Shown one piece after another: positions 45,670-61,830 of a stretch of 64,000 bases of DNA. The translations under genes were made by a program, and so were the position numbers. This DNA is from an uncultured Candidatus Binatia bacterium (lineage in GTDB: Bacteria; Desulfobacterota; Binatia; UBA9968; JAJDTQ01): assembly GCA_965242525.1 (NCBI GenBank), contig OZ251459.1, positions 1,760,001-1,824,000 on the forward strand, read 5' to 3'. The notes below the pieces were generated by a model that was not told where the DNA came from, did not search any database, and saw nothing but the letters and a program-made list of their open reading frames with translations. Numbering within the stretch: position 1 is the first letter of the stretch; every line of letters begins with the position of its first letter.

Positions 45670-46815
45670 ATGATCAAGCAATACCTGCTGTCTCCCGGGC
45701 CGACGCCCATCCCCAACGAAGTGCAGTTGGCCATGGCGCGGACCATGATCCACCACCGGACGCCGGAGTTCGCGGTCTTCCTAGAGGAGGCGCGCCGGGG
45801 GTTGCGGACCCTGTTCGGCGCCGGCAACGACGTGCTCATCCTGGCCTCTTCCGGCACCGGCGCCATGGAGGCCGCGGTGGCCAACCTCTTCTCGCCGGAC
45901 GAGAAGGTCGTCGTGGTCAACGGCGGCAAGTTCGGCGAGCGGTGGCTGCGCCTGTGCCGCGCGTTCGGCCTCCGGGCGGTGGAGCTCAAGGTGCAGTGGG
46001 GCGCCGCGGTGGAGGTCGGCGCGGTGGAGCAGGCGCTCCGGGAGCACCCGGACGCCGGGGGCGTGCTCGTCCAGGCCAGCGAAACCTCCACCACCACCCT
46101 CCACCCGGTGCGGGAGATCGCGGCCCTGACCCGGGACCGCGGGCCCCTGCTGGTGGTGGACGGCGTGACCGCGGTGGGCGTGGTGCCCGTGCCCATGGAC
46201 GACTGGGGCATCGACGCCCTGGTGACGGGATCCCAGAAAGCCCTCATGCTGCCCCCGGGCTTGGCCTTCATCGGCCTGAGCGACCGGGCCTGGCAAAGGA
46301 CCCGGGAGGCCCACTCCCCGCGCTTCTACTTCGACCTGGAGCTGGAGAGGAAGGGACAGGCGAAGGGGTCCACCGCCTTTACCCCCGCGGTCTCGCTGGT
46401 GTTCGGGCTGTGCGCCGCGCTCGAGCTCATGCGCGAGGAGGGGCTGGAACGGGTCTATGCGCGCCACGAGCGCATGGCGCGGGCCACCAGGGCCGCGGCC
46501 GCGGCCCTGGGTCTCCGGCTCCTGGCCCCGGACAACCCCAGCCCCGCGGCCACCGGCCTCTACGTGCCCGAGGGCGCCGACGGCGAGGCGCTACTCGAGT
46601 ACCTGCGGGCGCGCATGGGGGTCACCTTTGCCGAGGGGCAGGACCACCTGCAGGGGAAAGTCATCCGCATCGCCCACGTGGGCCACATGGGAGCGTTCGA
46701 CGTGGTGGTGGCCGTCGCCGCGCTGGAGATGGCGTTCCGCAAGTTCGGGCTTCCGGTCACCCTGGGCCAGGGCGTGGCCGCGGCGCAGGAAGTCCTGATG
46801 GAAGCGCTGGACTGA
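45670..46815 (+). CDS. Class V PLP aminotransferase (alanine-glyoxylate/serine-pyruvate; probable SerC substitute)
   Basis: LLSPGPTP, SSGTGAMEA, ETST, GSQKALMLPPG, RIAHVG. Confidence 0.92.
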   Translation: MIKQYLLSPGPTPIPNEVQLAMARTMIHHRTPEFAVFLEEARRGLRTLFGAGNDVLILASSGTGAMEAAVANLFSPDEKVVVVNGGKFGERWLRLCRAFGLRAVELKVQWGAAVEVGAVEQALREHPDAGGVLVQASETSTTTLHPVREIAALTRDRGPLLVVDGVTAVGVVPVPMDDWGIDALVTGSQKALMLPPGLAFIGLSDRAWQRTREAHSPRFYFDLELERKGQAKGSTAFTPAVSLVFGLCAALELMREEGLERVYARHERMARATRAAAAALGLRLLAPDNPSPAATGLYVPEGADGEALLEYLRARMGVTFAEGQDHLQGKVIRIAHVGHMGAFDVVVAVAALEMAFRKFGLPVTLGQGVAAAQEVLMEALD

Positions 46816-46895
46816 CGGCCTCGCGGACCCGGTTCGCAACGCCCCTCTCCGCGGGGGACCGTGGAACCGGAACGAAGGAAAGCAGAGGGAATCGC

Positions 46896-51529
<4,634 letters not shown>

Positions 51530-51710
51530 GAACCCATCCGCTAGGGTCGCAGCCTGTTTAGTCCTTTGCCGCGGGGTTTGCAATTGCGGACCCGAATCTT
51601 TGCGAGGGACACGGGTTGTGGTAACCTTGGGATGCGTTTCCCCGGGGCCGGCAGGCTGCCGGTCCCGGCGTTCGGAGCGAGCCGTCCCGGAAACCGCCCG
51701 GAGCAGACGT

Positions 51711-53711
51711 TTGGCGCGCAAGTACGTCCTCAAGAGCACCGACCCCGCCCTGTCACCCGCGGGGCCGGCCATCGCCTACGAGCAGGAGCTCAACGAGGCG
51801 CAACGCCAAGCGGCCCTGTTCCTCGAAGGTCCGCTGCTGGTCATCGCCGGCGCCGGCACCGGCAAGACCCGGACGCTGGTGTATCGGGTGGCCCGGCTCA
51901 TCGAGCGGGGGATCGACCCCCGGTCGATCCTGCTGCTCACCTTCACCCGGCGGGCCGCGGACGAGATGCTTCGGCGCGCGAGCCTGTTGACCGACTCCCG
52001 TTGCGAGCGCATCGCCGGCGGGACCTTCCACTCCTTCGGCAACATGGTGCTGCGGCAGTACGGCCAGCTCCTGGGACTCGCCCCGGGCTTCACCATCATG
52101 GACCGTTCCGACAGCGAGGACGTGATACGGATCCTGCGCGCCCAGATGGGCCTGGACGCCCGGGAGAAGCGCTTTCCCAGGAAGCAGACCATCATGGAGA
52201 TCCTGAGCCTCGCCCGCAACCGGCAGGCGCCCATGCCGGAACTCGTCGAACGCGAGTACTCCCACTTGGCGGACTTCCTGGACGAGCTGGCGGTCATCGA
52301 GGAGCGTTACCGGGACTACAAGCGCGAGAAGTCGCTGCTGGACTACGACGACCTGCTGACCCGGCTGAAGGAGCTCCTGGACTCGCAGGAGGACCTGCGC
52401 CGTCGGCTGTCCGACCGCTTCCGCTTCATCATGGTGGACGAGTACCAGGACACCAACCGCCTCCAGTCGGACATCGTCCGCGGCTTGGCCTGCACCCACG
52501 ACAACGTCATGGCGGTGGGCGACGACGCCCAGAGCATCTACTCGTTCCGCGGCGCCAACTTCCGCAACATCATGGACTTTCCCAACCAGTTCCCGGGGAC
52601 CACCGTCATCGCCCTGGAGGAGAACTACCGCAGCACCCAACCCATCCTGCGGCTCACCAACGAGATCATCGCCCGGGCCGCGGAGGGCTACGAGAAGCGT
52701 CTCTTCAGCCGCAAGGGCAAGGGCGAGGCGCCGCTGCTGGTCCAGGCGGAAAGCGAGCAGATGCAGTCGCGCTTCGTATGCCAGCGCGTGCTGGAGTTGC
52801 GGGAGGAGGGAGTCCCCCTGTGGGACATGGCGGTGCTGTTCCGCTCCAGCTTCCATTCCTTCGACCTGGAGTTCGAGCTCGCGCGGCGCGACATCCCGTT
52901 CGTGAAGCGCGGCGGCTTCCGGTTCATGGAATCGGCGCACATCAAGGACCTGCTGGCGCACCTGCGGGTGGTCAGCAACCCCAGGGACGCGGTGTCCTGG
53001 AACCGGGTGCTGACGCTGCTGGAAGGCGTCGGCCCCAAGATGAGCCGCACGCTCATCGACCGGATCCTGGCCCACGACGACCCGGGCCGCTGCCTGGACC
53101 GGGTGGAGTCCCGCGGCCGGGCGAAGCAGGGGCTCAAGACCCTGGGCCAGGTCCTCGGGGAATGCGCGGAAAAGACCCGTCCCGCGGACATGACCCAGTA
53201 CCTGATGCGATACTACCTTCCCATACTCAAGCAGAAGCACGCCGACGACTACCCCAAGCGGGTCCGGGACCTGGAGCACTTCCAGACCCTCACCGAGCGC
53301 TACCAGAGCGTCGAGCGCCTGTTGACCGACATGGCGTTGGAGCCGCCCTCCGCCAGCGTGGACGACACCCTCGCGGTGGATCCCGACGAAGGCCCCCTGG
53401 TGCTGTCCACCGTGCATTCCGCCAAGGGGCTGGAGTGGCATTCGGTGTTCGTCATCTGGGCCCTGGAAGGGCGGTTCCCTTCCTACTACAACACCAACAG
53501 CCTGGAGGAGCTGGAAGAGGAACGGAGGCTGCTGTACGTGGCGGCCACGCGCGCCAAGGAGAACCTGTTCTTCGCCTATCCCGCGCGCGTGTACGACCAG
53601 TCCCTGGGGATGGTGTTCTCGCGTCCGTCCCAGTTCATCGACGGCATCTCCGAGGAACTGCTGGAGCCCATGCCGCTGGTCCATGAAGACTCGTACTACA
53701 GCCAACTGTAA
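51711..53711 (+). CDS. UvrD/PcrA/Rep-family ATP-dependent DNA helicase
   Basis: AGAGTGKT, VDEYQD, VGDDAQSIYSFRGA, NYRS, HSAKGLE, EERRLLYVA; TTG start. Confidence 0.95.
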   Translation: MARKYVLKSTDPALSPAGPAIAYEQELNEAQRQAALFLEGPLLVIAGAGTGKTRTLVYRVARLIERGIDPRSILLLTFTRRAADEMLRRASLLTDSRCERIAGGTFHSFGNMVLRQYGQLLGLAPGFTIMDRSDSEDVIRILRAQMGLDAREKRFPRKQTIMEILSLARNRQAPMPELVEREYSHLADFLDELAVIEERYRDYKREKSLLDYDDLLTRLKELLDSQEDLRRRLSDRFRFIMVDEYQDTNRLQSDIVRGLACTHDNVMAVGDDAQSIYSFRGANFRNIMDFPNQFPGTTVIALEENYRSTQPILRLTNEIIARAAEGYEKRLFSRKGKGEAPLLVQAESEQMQSRFVCQRVLELREEGVPLWDMAVLFRSSFHSFDLEFELARRDIPFVKRGGFRFMESAHIKDLLAHLRVVSNPRDAVSWNRVLTLLEGVGPKMSRTLIDRILAHDDPGRCLDRVESRGRAKQGLKTLGQVLGECAEKTRPADMTQYLMRYYLPILKQKHADDYPKRVRDLEHFQTLTERYQSVERLLTDMALEPPSASVDDTLAVDPDEGPLVLSTVHSAKGLEWHSVFVIWALEGRFPSYYNTNSLEELEEERRLLYVAATRAKENLFFAYPARVYDQSLGMVFSRPSQFIDGISEELLEPMPLVHEDSYYSQL

Positions 53712-53735
53712 CGACGCCGGCGCCGGCCCGTGCGC

Positions 53736-54668
53736 ATGAACCCCATGCAGCGCCTCCTGGCCTGGTTGGCGGAACGCGGCGGACCATCGGCCTCGGCGGC
53801 CCCGGAGCCGCGGCGGCGCGGCTGGGCGAAGACCTTGTACGAGAAGGACACCGAGCACCACCGCATCCGCGTGGAAGAGACCCGGGGACGGCGTTACCTC
53901 TACTTCGACGGCACCCTGCAGAGCTCCATGGACCTGAGGGACCCCACCTCGCTGGAGTTGCTCTACTCCCGCTTCGCCTCCCTGGCGCTGGTGCTCAAGC
54001 CGGACCCGGCCAAGGCGTTGATCATCGGCCTCGGCGGCGCGTCCATGGCCAAGAAGTACCACAAGGAGTTCCCGGAGATGGAGATCGACTCCATCGAGAT
54101 CGACCCCCACGTGGTGGAGGTGGCCCGCGAGTTCTTCCATTTCGAGGAGGACCCGAACCAGCGGGTCCACCGCGGGGACGGCCGCGAGTTCCTCGCCCGG
54201 ACCGGCCGCCGCTTCGACCTGATACTGCTGGACGCCTACTACGCGGACAACGTGCCCTTCCACCTGGTCACGCGCGAGTTCTTCGCCACCGCCCGGCGCA
54301 AGCTGACCCCCGAGGGAGTGCTGGCGGCCAACCTCATCGGATCGCTGCGCGGCTGCGACAGCACCATGATCCGCGCCGCCATCAAGACCCTGGAGAGCGT
54401 GTTCCCGCAACTCTACACCTTTCCCACGTTCGGCAACCGCGGCTACGTCCTGAGCGAGATCCAGAACGTGGTCGTGTTGGCCAGCAACTCCCCGGACCGC
54501 GTGAGCGCGAAGGAGATGGAACGGCGGGCGCGCCGGCTGGACCGGGACCTCTTTCCCAAGCCGTCCAGCAAGATCCGGAAGTCCTGTTACAACGGCCCGC
54601 TGGAGCAGGACGACGTGGAGGTCCTCACCGATGACGACGCGCCGGCTGACAACCGGGTTCGTCTTTAG
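53736..54668 (+). CDS. Spermidine synthase-like SAM/dcSAM-dependent transferase
   Basis: LIIGLGGA, IEIDP, DGREF, FDLILLDAY. Confidence 0.85.
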   Translation: MNPMQRLLAWLAERGGPSASAAPEPRRRGWAKTLYEKDTEHHRIRVEETRGRRYLYFDGTLQSSMDLRDPTSLELLYSRFASLALVLKPDPAKALIIGLGGASMAKKYHKEFPEMEIDSIEIDPHVVEVAREFFHFEEDPNQRVHRGDGREFLARTGRRFDLILLDAYYADNVPFHLVTREFFATARRKLTPEGVLAANLIGSLRGCDSTMIRAAIKTLESVFPQLYTFPTFGNRGYVLSEIQNVVVLASNSPDRVSAKEMERRARRLDRDLFPKPSSKIRKSCYNGPLEQDDVEVLTDDDAPADNRVRL

Positions 54669-55350
54669 CGCCTTGCTGGCCGCGGGCTGCGTTGCCGACC
54701 CGCCGGGCCGGGGGGCCGGGCCGGTGCGGGTGGTGCGGGTCAAGCTCGTGGCCGACCCGGCACTGCGAAGGACCGACCCGCGTTGGCGCGACACCGCCCG
54801 GGGCCTGCTGGAAGCCGCGTCGGACTACTACGAGGCGGCCTTCGGCATCCGGCTGGCGCCCCAGTCGGTGGAGCCCTGGCGCGTGGAGGGAACCACCACG
54901 TCCTCGGTCACCCTGATGAAACGCCTGAAGCGCTCGTACCCCCGGGCCGGCGGCAGCCTGCCCCACGACGTGGTCATCGGGTTGACCCGGCAGCCCCTCG
55001 ACTACTACCGGGGCGGACGCGCCCGGGCGGACCGCTTCGGCAACTGCGCCGAAGGACTGGGAAACTACATCGTGAGCCACGTGGGCGACTCCCTTGCGTA
55101 CGATGACGGCGAGCTGACCCACGACGCCGCGGCGCTGATCCACGAGATGGGGCACCTGTTCGGCGCCGTGCACACGGACGACCCGGCCTCGGTGATGCAC
55201 CGGGACTTCGATCTGAGGACCGGGTTCGACGCGCCGAACCGGGCCATCGTCACGGCGAACCGCCTGTGCCCCTTCGCCGAGCCCCACCGGGGCCGGGGGA
55301 CGGGCTCCGCCAGGAGGCCCGCAGCCGAGCCCGCGGCCGGGCGACGGTGA
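54631..55350 (+). CDS. Metzincin (M12-like) zinc metalloprotease lipoprotein
   Basis: Lipobox LAAGC; HEMGHLFGAVH; Met-turn SVM. Confidence 0.82.
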   Translation: MTTRRLTTGFVFSALLAAGCVADPPGRGAGPVRVVRVKLVADPALRRTDPRWRDTARGLLEAASDYYEAAFGIRLAPQSVEPWRVEGTTTSSVTLMKRLKRSYPRAGGSLPHDVVIGLTRQPLDYYRGGRARADRFGNCAEGLGNYIVSHVGDSLAYDDGELTHDAAALIHEMGHLFGAVHTDDPASVMHRDFDLRTGFDAPNRAIVTANRLCPFAEPHRGRGTGSARRPAAEPAAGRR

Positions 55351-55353
55351 CGC

Positions 55354-57312
<1,959 letters not shown>

Positions 57313-57537
57313 CGAGGGGTGGGCGTCTGCGGAGCAACGACGTCGTGGTCCCTTCCGTTCCTGCCTTGCCCACACGAAAGCCGGAAGAGCCGCAAAAGTC
57401 ATGTGTTGACGAACCCCGGAGTGTGCTAAAACAGGCAACGTAGCCGTCTCCGCCGCGTCCGGTGTCCGCACGCCTGCAAGCGATGGCTAGAACGGAGAGT
57501 ATCCCGGCTCCGCACGCGGAGACCCGCGAGGAGGTCC

Positions 57538-58092
57538 ATGATGTCAACCCAGCCTCAACCCCGTTCGTTCACTTATCGAGACTACCTGGACACCCCGGAC
57601 GACGTGCGCTACCAACTCATCGAAGGGGATCTGGTACGGGAGCCGGCGCCGACGACGACACACCAGACGGTCCTGGTCAACCTGGCCGTTCTGCTCGCAC
57701 CGTTCGTCAAGGGCAACGGCTTGGGCAGAGTGTTCGCCGCCCCCACGGACGTATATCTTTCGGACACCAACGTGGTGCAGCCGGACGTGCTGTTCGTGTC
57801 CGCAGCGCGGGCGCACCTCATCACCGAACGCGACGTCCACGGCGCCCCGGACCTGGCCATCGAGATCGCCTCGCCCTCCACCGAGCGGCGCGACCGCCAG
57901 GTCAAGCGGGAAATCTACGCCCGCCACGGAGTGTCCGAATACTGGCTGGTCCACCCCGTGGACCGGACCGTGGAGACCTTCCGACTGGAGAACGGCCGGT
58001 TCGCGGCCGCCGGAAGCTACCGCGGGACCGACGCCTTCACGACGCCGCTCCTTCCCGGACTGCGCATCGAACTGGACGCAGTGTTCGGATGA
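57538..58092 (+). CDS. Uma2 (DUF820) putative endonuclease
   Basis: YQLIEG, PAP..HQ, QPDV, PDLAIEIASPS, YARHGVSEYWLV. Confidence 0.92.
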   Translation: MMSTQPQPRSFTYRDYLDTPDDVRYQLIEGDLVREPAPTTTHQTVLVNLAVLLAPFVKGNGLGRVFAAPTDVYLSDTNVVQPDVLFVSAARAHLITERDVHGAPDLAIEIASPSTERRDRQVKREIYARHGVSEYWLVHPVDRTVETFRLENGRFAAAGSYRGTDAFTTPLLPGLRIELDAVFG

Positions 58093-58113
58093 TCGTGAAC
58101 GGATGGTGACGAC

Positions 58114-58314
58114 ATGGCGACGAAGCTCTCCATCGATCCGGAGTTGCTCGACAAGGCGATGAAGGTCGGCGGCGAGAAGACGAAGACGGCAACGGTCCAC
58201 CGCGCCTTGCAGGGATTCATCGCGCGACGGGAACGGAAGCGGCTGTCGGATCTCTTCGGGAAACTGGATTGGGACCACGAGTTCGACTACAGGCGTGAAC
58301 GGGACCGAGGGTGA
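58114..58314 (+). CDS. vapB: VapB-family antitoxin
   Basis: MATKLSIDPELL..A..VGG.KTK.ATV..AL..FI.RR, acidic tail DFDYRRER-like. Confidence 0.85.
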   Translation: MATKLSIDPELLDKAMKVGGEKTKTATVHRALQGFIARRERKRLSDLFGKLDWDHEFDYRRERDRG

Positions 58315-58336
58315 CTCCGGCGGCCGGGGTGGGTTC

Positions 58337-58768
58337 ATGAAGGTGGGGTCGCGCGGCGCTTACGGCATCCTGGCCCTGGAGGAACTGGTGCGGCGTTGGG
58401 ACGCGAAGACGCCGGTCCAGGTCAAGGAGATCGCGGAGAGGAAGACCATCCCCGAGGATTTCCTGGGCCAGATCATGGTCTCCCTGAAGCAGGCGGACAT
58501 CGTGCGCGCCAACCGGGGACCCGGCGGGGGGTACTACCTCACGCGGCCGCCGGACCGGATCCGGCTTCGGGAGGTGCTGCAGGCGTTGAGCGGGCCGTTG
58601 GCCGGGCCGGAGGAAAACCTGCGGAAGTACGTGGCCGACTCCGTTGCCGCGCGAAGGGTTCTGGACACCTGGGAGAAGGCCATGGCCGCGGTGGAGGAGG
58701 TCGTGGACGGCGTCACCCTCGCCGACATCTGCGAGCCGGACGAGCGGCCGCACATGTACTACATCTGA
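58337..58768 (+). CDS. Rrf2-family transcriptional regulator (CymR-like, no Fe-S Cys triad)
   Basis: RGPGGGYYL, TLAD, C-terminal MYYI. Confidence 0.9.
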   Translation: MKVGSRGAYGILALEELVRRWDAKTPVQVKEIAERKTIPEDFLGQIMVSLKQADIVRANRGPGGGYYLTRPPDRIRLREVLQALSGPLAGPEENLRKYVADSVAARRVLDTWEKAMAAVEEVVDGVTLADICEPDERPHMYYI

Positions 58769-58896
58769 CGGCCGCCGGACGAGAGGGAGGCGGTCCGAAG
58801 ACCGTTGGAGGCCGGACCGATGGAAACGATCCGGAGGGGCGAGCGGGTGAAGGGGCAAGGCGGCGCTGGTGGCCGGAGCGGGATCCATTGCGCCCG

Positions 58897-59133
58897 TCAG
58901 CGCCGTCTCCGGGGCCAGTTCAGCCAGGGGAACCGTTCCCGGTAGCGCCGCACCAACTCCCTCCCGCCGATGAGGCAACCGGCCCAGAAGACCAGTTGGC
59001 TGACGAAATAGACGCCCGCGGCCACCGCCAGCTTGTTGTGCTCCAAATCCAGGAAGGGCAGCAGGAGGATGCCGCCCGTCATGGCCCAGGAGCCGCCCAT
59101 CAACGCCACCGCGAGCTTTTCGAGGGGGGTCAT
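58897..59133 (-). CDS. Small two-TM membrane protein (transporter-suffix-like)
   Basis: 78 aa, LLLPFL...VSQLVFWAG..IGG.E..RRYR. Confidence 0.6.
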   Translation of the reverse strand: MTPLEKLAVALMGGSWAMTGGILLLPFLDLEHNKLAVAAGVYFVSQLVFWAGCLIGGRELVRRYRERFPWLNWPRRRR

Positions 59134-59177
59134 CGAGAAAGGACGCGGCCGTCCGTGACCGGCCCCGGGGCCGTCCG

Positions 59178-61262
59178 TCAACTGTCCAGGGGCGTCCGGA
59201 CCACCCTCACGTCCACCGCGGCCACGCCTGCGTCTGCCTCCCTGACGATCAACGGGTTGACCTCCAGGTCGCTCAGGCGGGACCGGTGCGCGGCGAAGAG
59301 AGCGGACATGCCGGTGATGGCCCGGACCAGCGCGTCCACGTCCCGGGGCTTCTGGCCGCGTACTCCTTCGAGGATGCGGAAGCCCTTGAGCTCCCGGAGC
59401 ATGGCTTGGGCGTCCTCCGCGGTCACCGGAACCAGGCGCAACGCCACGTCCCGAAGCACCTCCACGAAGACCCCCCCCAGGCCCACCATGACGAACGGGC
59501 CGTACTGGGGGTCCACCCGTGCTCCGAGCAGGACCTCCGTGCCGGTGACCATTTCCTGCACCAGCAGCCGGGCATGGGCCGGACCCCTGGCCAGCAACTC
59601 CGCGCCCGCGCTTTCCACCGCCTCCGCGGAGCCCAACCCCACCGCCACGCCGCCCACTTCCGTCTTGTGGACCACCTCCGGCGATTGCAGCTTCAACACC
59701 ACCGGGAAACCCATTTCCGCGGCTTTGGCCGCGGCCTCCGCGGGCCCGTCGGCCACGGCCTCCGCGGGAAGCGTCAACCCGCAGGCGGCCAGCCGTTGCC
59801 GCCACGCGACCCCTTCCAGCTCGTCCGGACCGCCATCGGCCGGAGGGACCGGCGGGATGCCCGCGCGCCGGCGGCGGCCGTAGGCGCCAAGGCCGTTGAG
59901 CGCCCGCAACGTGGCCTTGATGCCTTGCAGGTGGGGCACTTCGGACGCCTCCTGGAACGCGCGGCTCTCGTCCATCAGGCTGTAGGTGGAGCGCGCGTGG
60001 GCCACGATGGGCTTGTCGATGCTCCGCGCGATCTTCCTCAGGAGCTCGGGATTGCGCTTCTCGCCGAAGCGGGGCAGCTCCCCGTGGATGGCGAGCTGGT
60101 CCACGCCTTCGTCCTCGGCGTGGATGCGGACGATCTCGGCAAAGGTGTTCTCGTTGCCGAAACCGGCGACGCCGCATTCGAGGGGGTTCTCCACCACCAG
60201 GTCGTCGGGGATGAGGGGGCGCAAGGCCCGGTTGGACGCTTCGCTCAGGGTGGCCAACTCGACGCCCACCTCCTCGATGTGGTCCAGCAGGATCCCCTTC
60301 ATGCCCCCGGAGTTGACCACGATGGCCGAACGCCCGCCCCGGGGGCGCCGCCCCGGCAGGAACGCCAGCGTCATCTCGGTGAGGTCTTCCAGGCTGTGGC
60401 AGCGCACCATCCCGTAGCGCTTGCACGCAGCCGAGAAGACCTCGTCGTCGCCGGCCAGCGAGCCCGTATGGGAGATGGCCTGGCGTCTTCCCATCTCCGA
60501 CCGGCCCAGCTTCACCACGATGACGGGCTTGTCCTTCTCCAGGGCCCTTGCCGCGGTCTCCAGGAACAGCTTCGGGCGCCGGATCCCCTCCACCATGAGC
60601 AGGATGATCCCGGTCTCCGGGTCGTCGATCAGGAAGGACAGGTAATCCACCACGTCGAGGCTGACCTCGTTGCCGCTGGAGATGGCGTAGCTGAAACCGA
60701 TGCCGCGCTCCCCTGCCCCTTTCATCCAGTTGCCCAGCGATCCTCCGCTCTGGAACACGGCCGCCACCGGGCCGGGCTTGAGCAGCGGCAGGCGCTGCGC
60801 ATAGGTCATCATGCGCCGGTTCACGGAGGAGGCGCCCATGCAGTTGGGGCCGCAGCAGACCATGCCGCTCCGCTCGCAGAACTCCGCCAGCTCCCGGCCG
60901 CGCTCATGGCTCCCGGGGTCGCTGCCTTCGCCGAAGCCCGCGCTGTAGATGGTGGCCGCCTTGGCCCCCAGGGGCGCGGCCTGCTCCAGGGTCGGGATCA
61001 CGGCCCGGGTCGGCACCAGCATCAGCAGGTGCTCCGCGGGCTCCGGCAGCGCGTCCAGAGCAGGGTAGCAGGGCGCGCCCCATATCTCCGGGTAGTTGGG
61101 ATTGACCAGGAAGACCTTGCCGGGGAACTCCGCGGCCTCGAGGTTGTGGAAGATCAGGTTGGGCCAGTTGCCCTTGGGCGACGCGCCCACGATGGCCAGG
61201 GTCCTGGCGTGCAGCAGGTTGGCTGCCGGACGGATGGTGGTTCTCTCGGTGCCTTCGCTCAT
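59178..61262 (-). CDS. ADP-forming acyl-CoA synthetase (acetate--CoA ligase family)
   Basis: AIVGAS, GPNCMG, QSGG, SSGNE, SHTGSLAG, HKTEVGGV, EVNPL. Confidence 0.93.
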   Translation of the reverse strand: MSEGTERTTIRPAANLLHARTLAIVGASPKGNWPNLIFHNLEAAEFPGKVFLVNPNYPEIWGAPCYPALDALPEPAEHLLMLVPTRAVIPTLEQAAPLGAKAATIYSAGFGEGSDPGSHERGRELAEFCERSGMVCCGPNCMGASSVNRRMMTYAQRLPLLKPGPVAAVFQSGGSLGNWMKGAGERGIGFSYAISSGNEVSLDVVDYLSFLIDDPETGIILLMVEGIRRPKLFLETAARALEKDKPVIVVKLGRSEMGRRQAISHTGSLAGDDEVFSAACKRYGMVRCHSLEDLTEMTLAFLPGRRPRGGRSAIVVNSGGMKGILLDHIEEVGVELATLSEASNRALRPLIPDDLVVENPLECGVAGFGNENTFAEIVRIHAEDEGVDQLAIHGELPRFGEKRNPELLRKIARSIDKPIVAHARSTYSLMDESRAFQEASEVPHLQGIKATLRALNGLGAYGRRRRAGIPPVPPADGGPDELEGVAWRQRLAACGLTLPAEAVADGPAEAAAKAAEMGFPVVLKLQSPEVVHKTEVGGVAVGLGSAEAVESAGAELLARGPAHARLLVQEMVTGTEVLLGARVDPQYGPFVMVGLGGVFVEVLRDVALRLVPVTAEDAQAMLRELKGFRILEGVRGQKPRDVDALVRAITGMSALFAAHRSRLSDLEVNPLIVREADAGVAAVDVRVVRTPLDS

Positions 61263-61293
61263 TACCGCTCTTTCCCTCCCCGGAACGAACTTC

Positions 61294-61812
61294 CTAGAAC
61301 AACTCGATGCCGAAATAGCGGAACAACTCTCCCTCGTACCAGGAAACGTGGATGACCTGGTCGAACACCCCGAACAGGAACACCACGATGGCCCCGGTGA
61401 GCCCCAGGGAAAGGAGCCACCCTTCGTCCGAACCCACCTTCAGGTAGAGGAAGACGAACAGGGGCAGCGCGAAGATCTGTCCCAGGAGCCAGGTGCCGGC
61501 GAATATGCCCACGAGCCACAGGCAGATGACCAGCGTCCGCTTCAATGCCTCGCCCCCGCGGAGGCTCGCGTCGAGGAAGATGTCCGCGGCTCCCGCGGGT
61601 CCTTCGGGGGCCTTGGCCTCCCCTCCCCGCAACCCGGTCCAGAGCGAGAGGACCGCGGCCATGACGCAGCCCGCGACCCCGATCAACGTGGGGAACAGGG
61701 CGGTCTTCCAGGGCCAGTCCCGGGCCATGAACACGCCCAGGGCGAACACCGCGGCCAGCACGAGTATGAACAGGCTTTCGATGTAGTGCTCGCGGATGCG
61801 TGGTCGCGCCAT
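61294..61812 (-). CDS. tctB: Tripartite tricarboxylate transporter small TM subunit
   Basis: 4-5 TMs, LFP motif, downstream of tctA. Confidence 0.8.
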   Translation of the reverse strand: MARPRIREHYIESLFILVLAAVFALGVFMARDWPWKTALFPTLIGVAGCVMAAVLSLWTGLRGGEAKAPEGPAGAADIFLDASLRGGEALKRTLVICLWLVGIFAGTWLLGQIFALPLFVFLYLKVGSDEGWLLSLGLTGAIVVFLFGVFDQVIHVSWYEGELFRYFGIELF

Positions 61813-61830
61813 GGTGGACCTCCGGGGCCG

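Noticed and set aside
57406-57432. TTGACG...TAAAAC promoter upstream of Uma2
   Set aside because: 15-nt spacing and weak -10; overlaps the edge of a repeat-derived region
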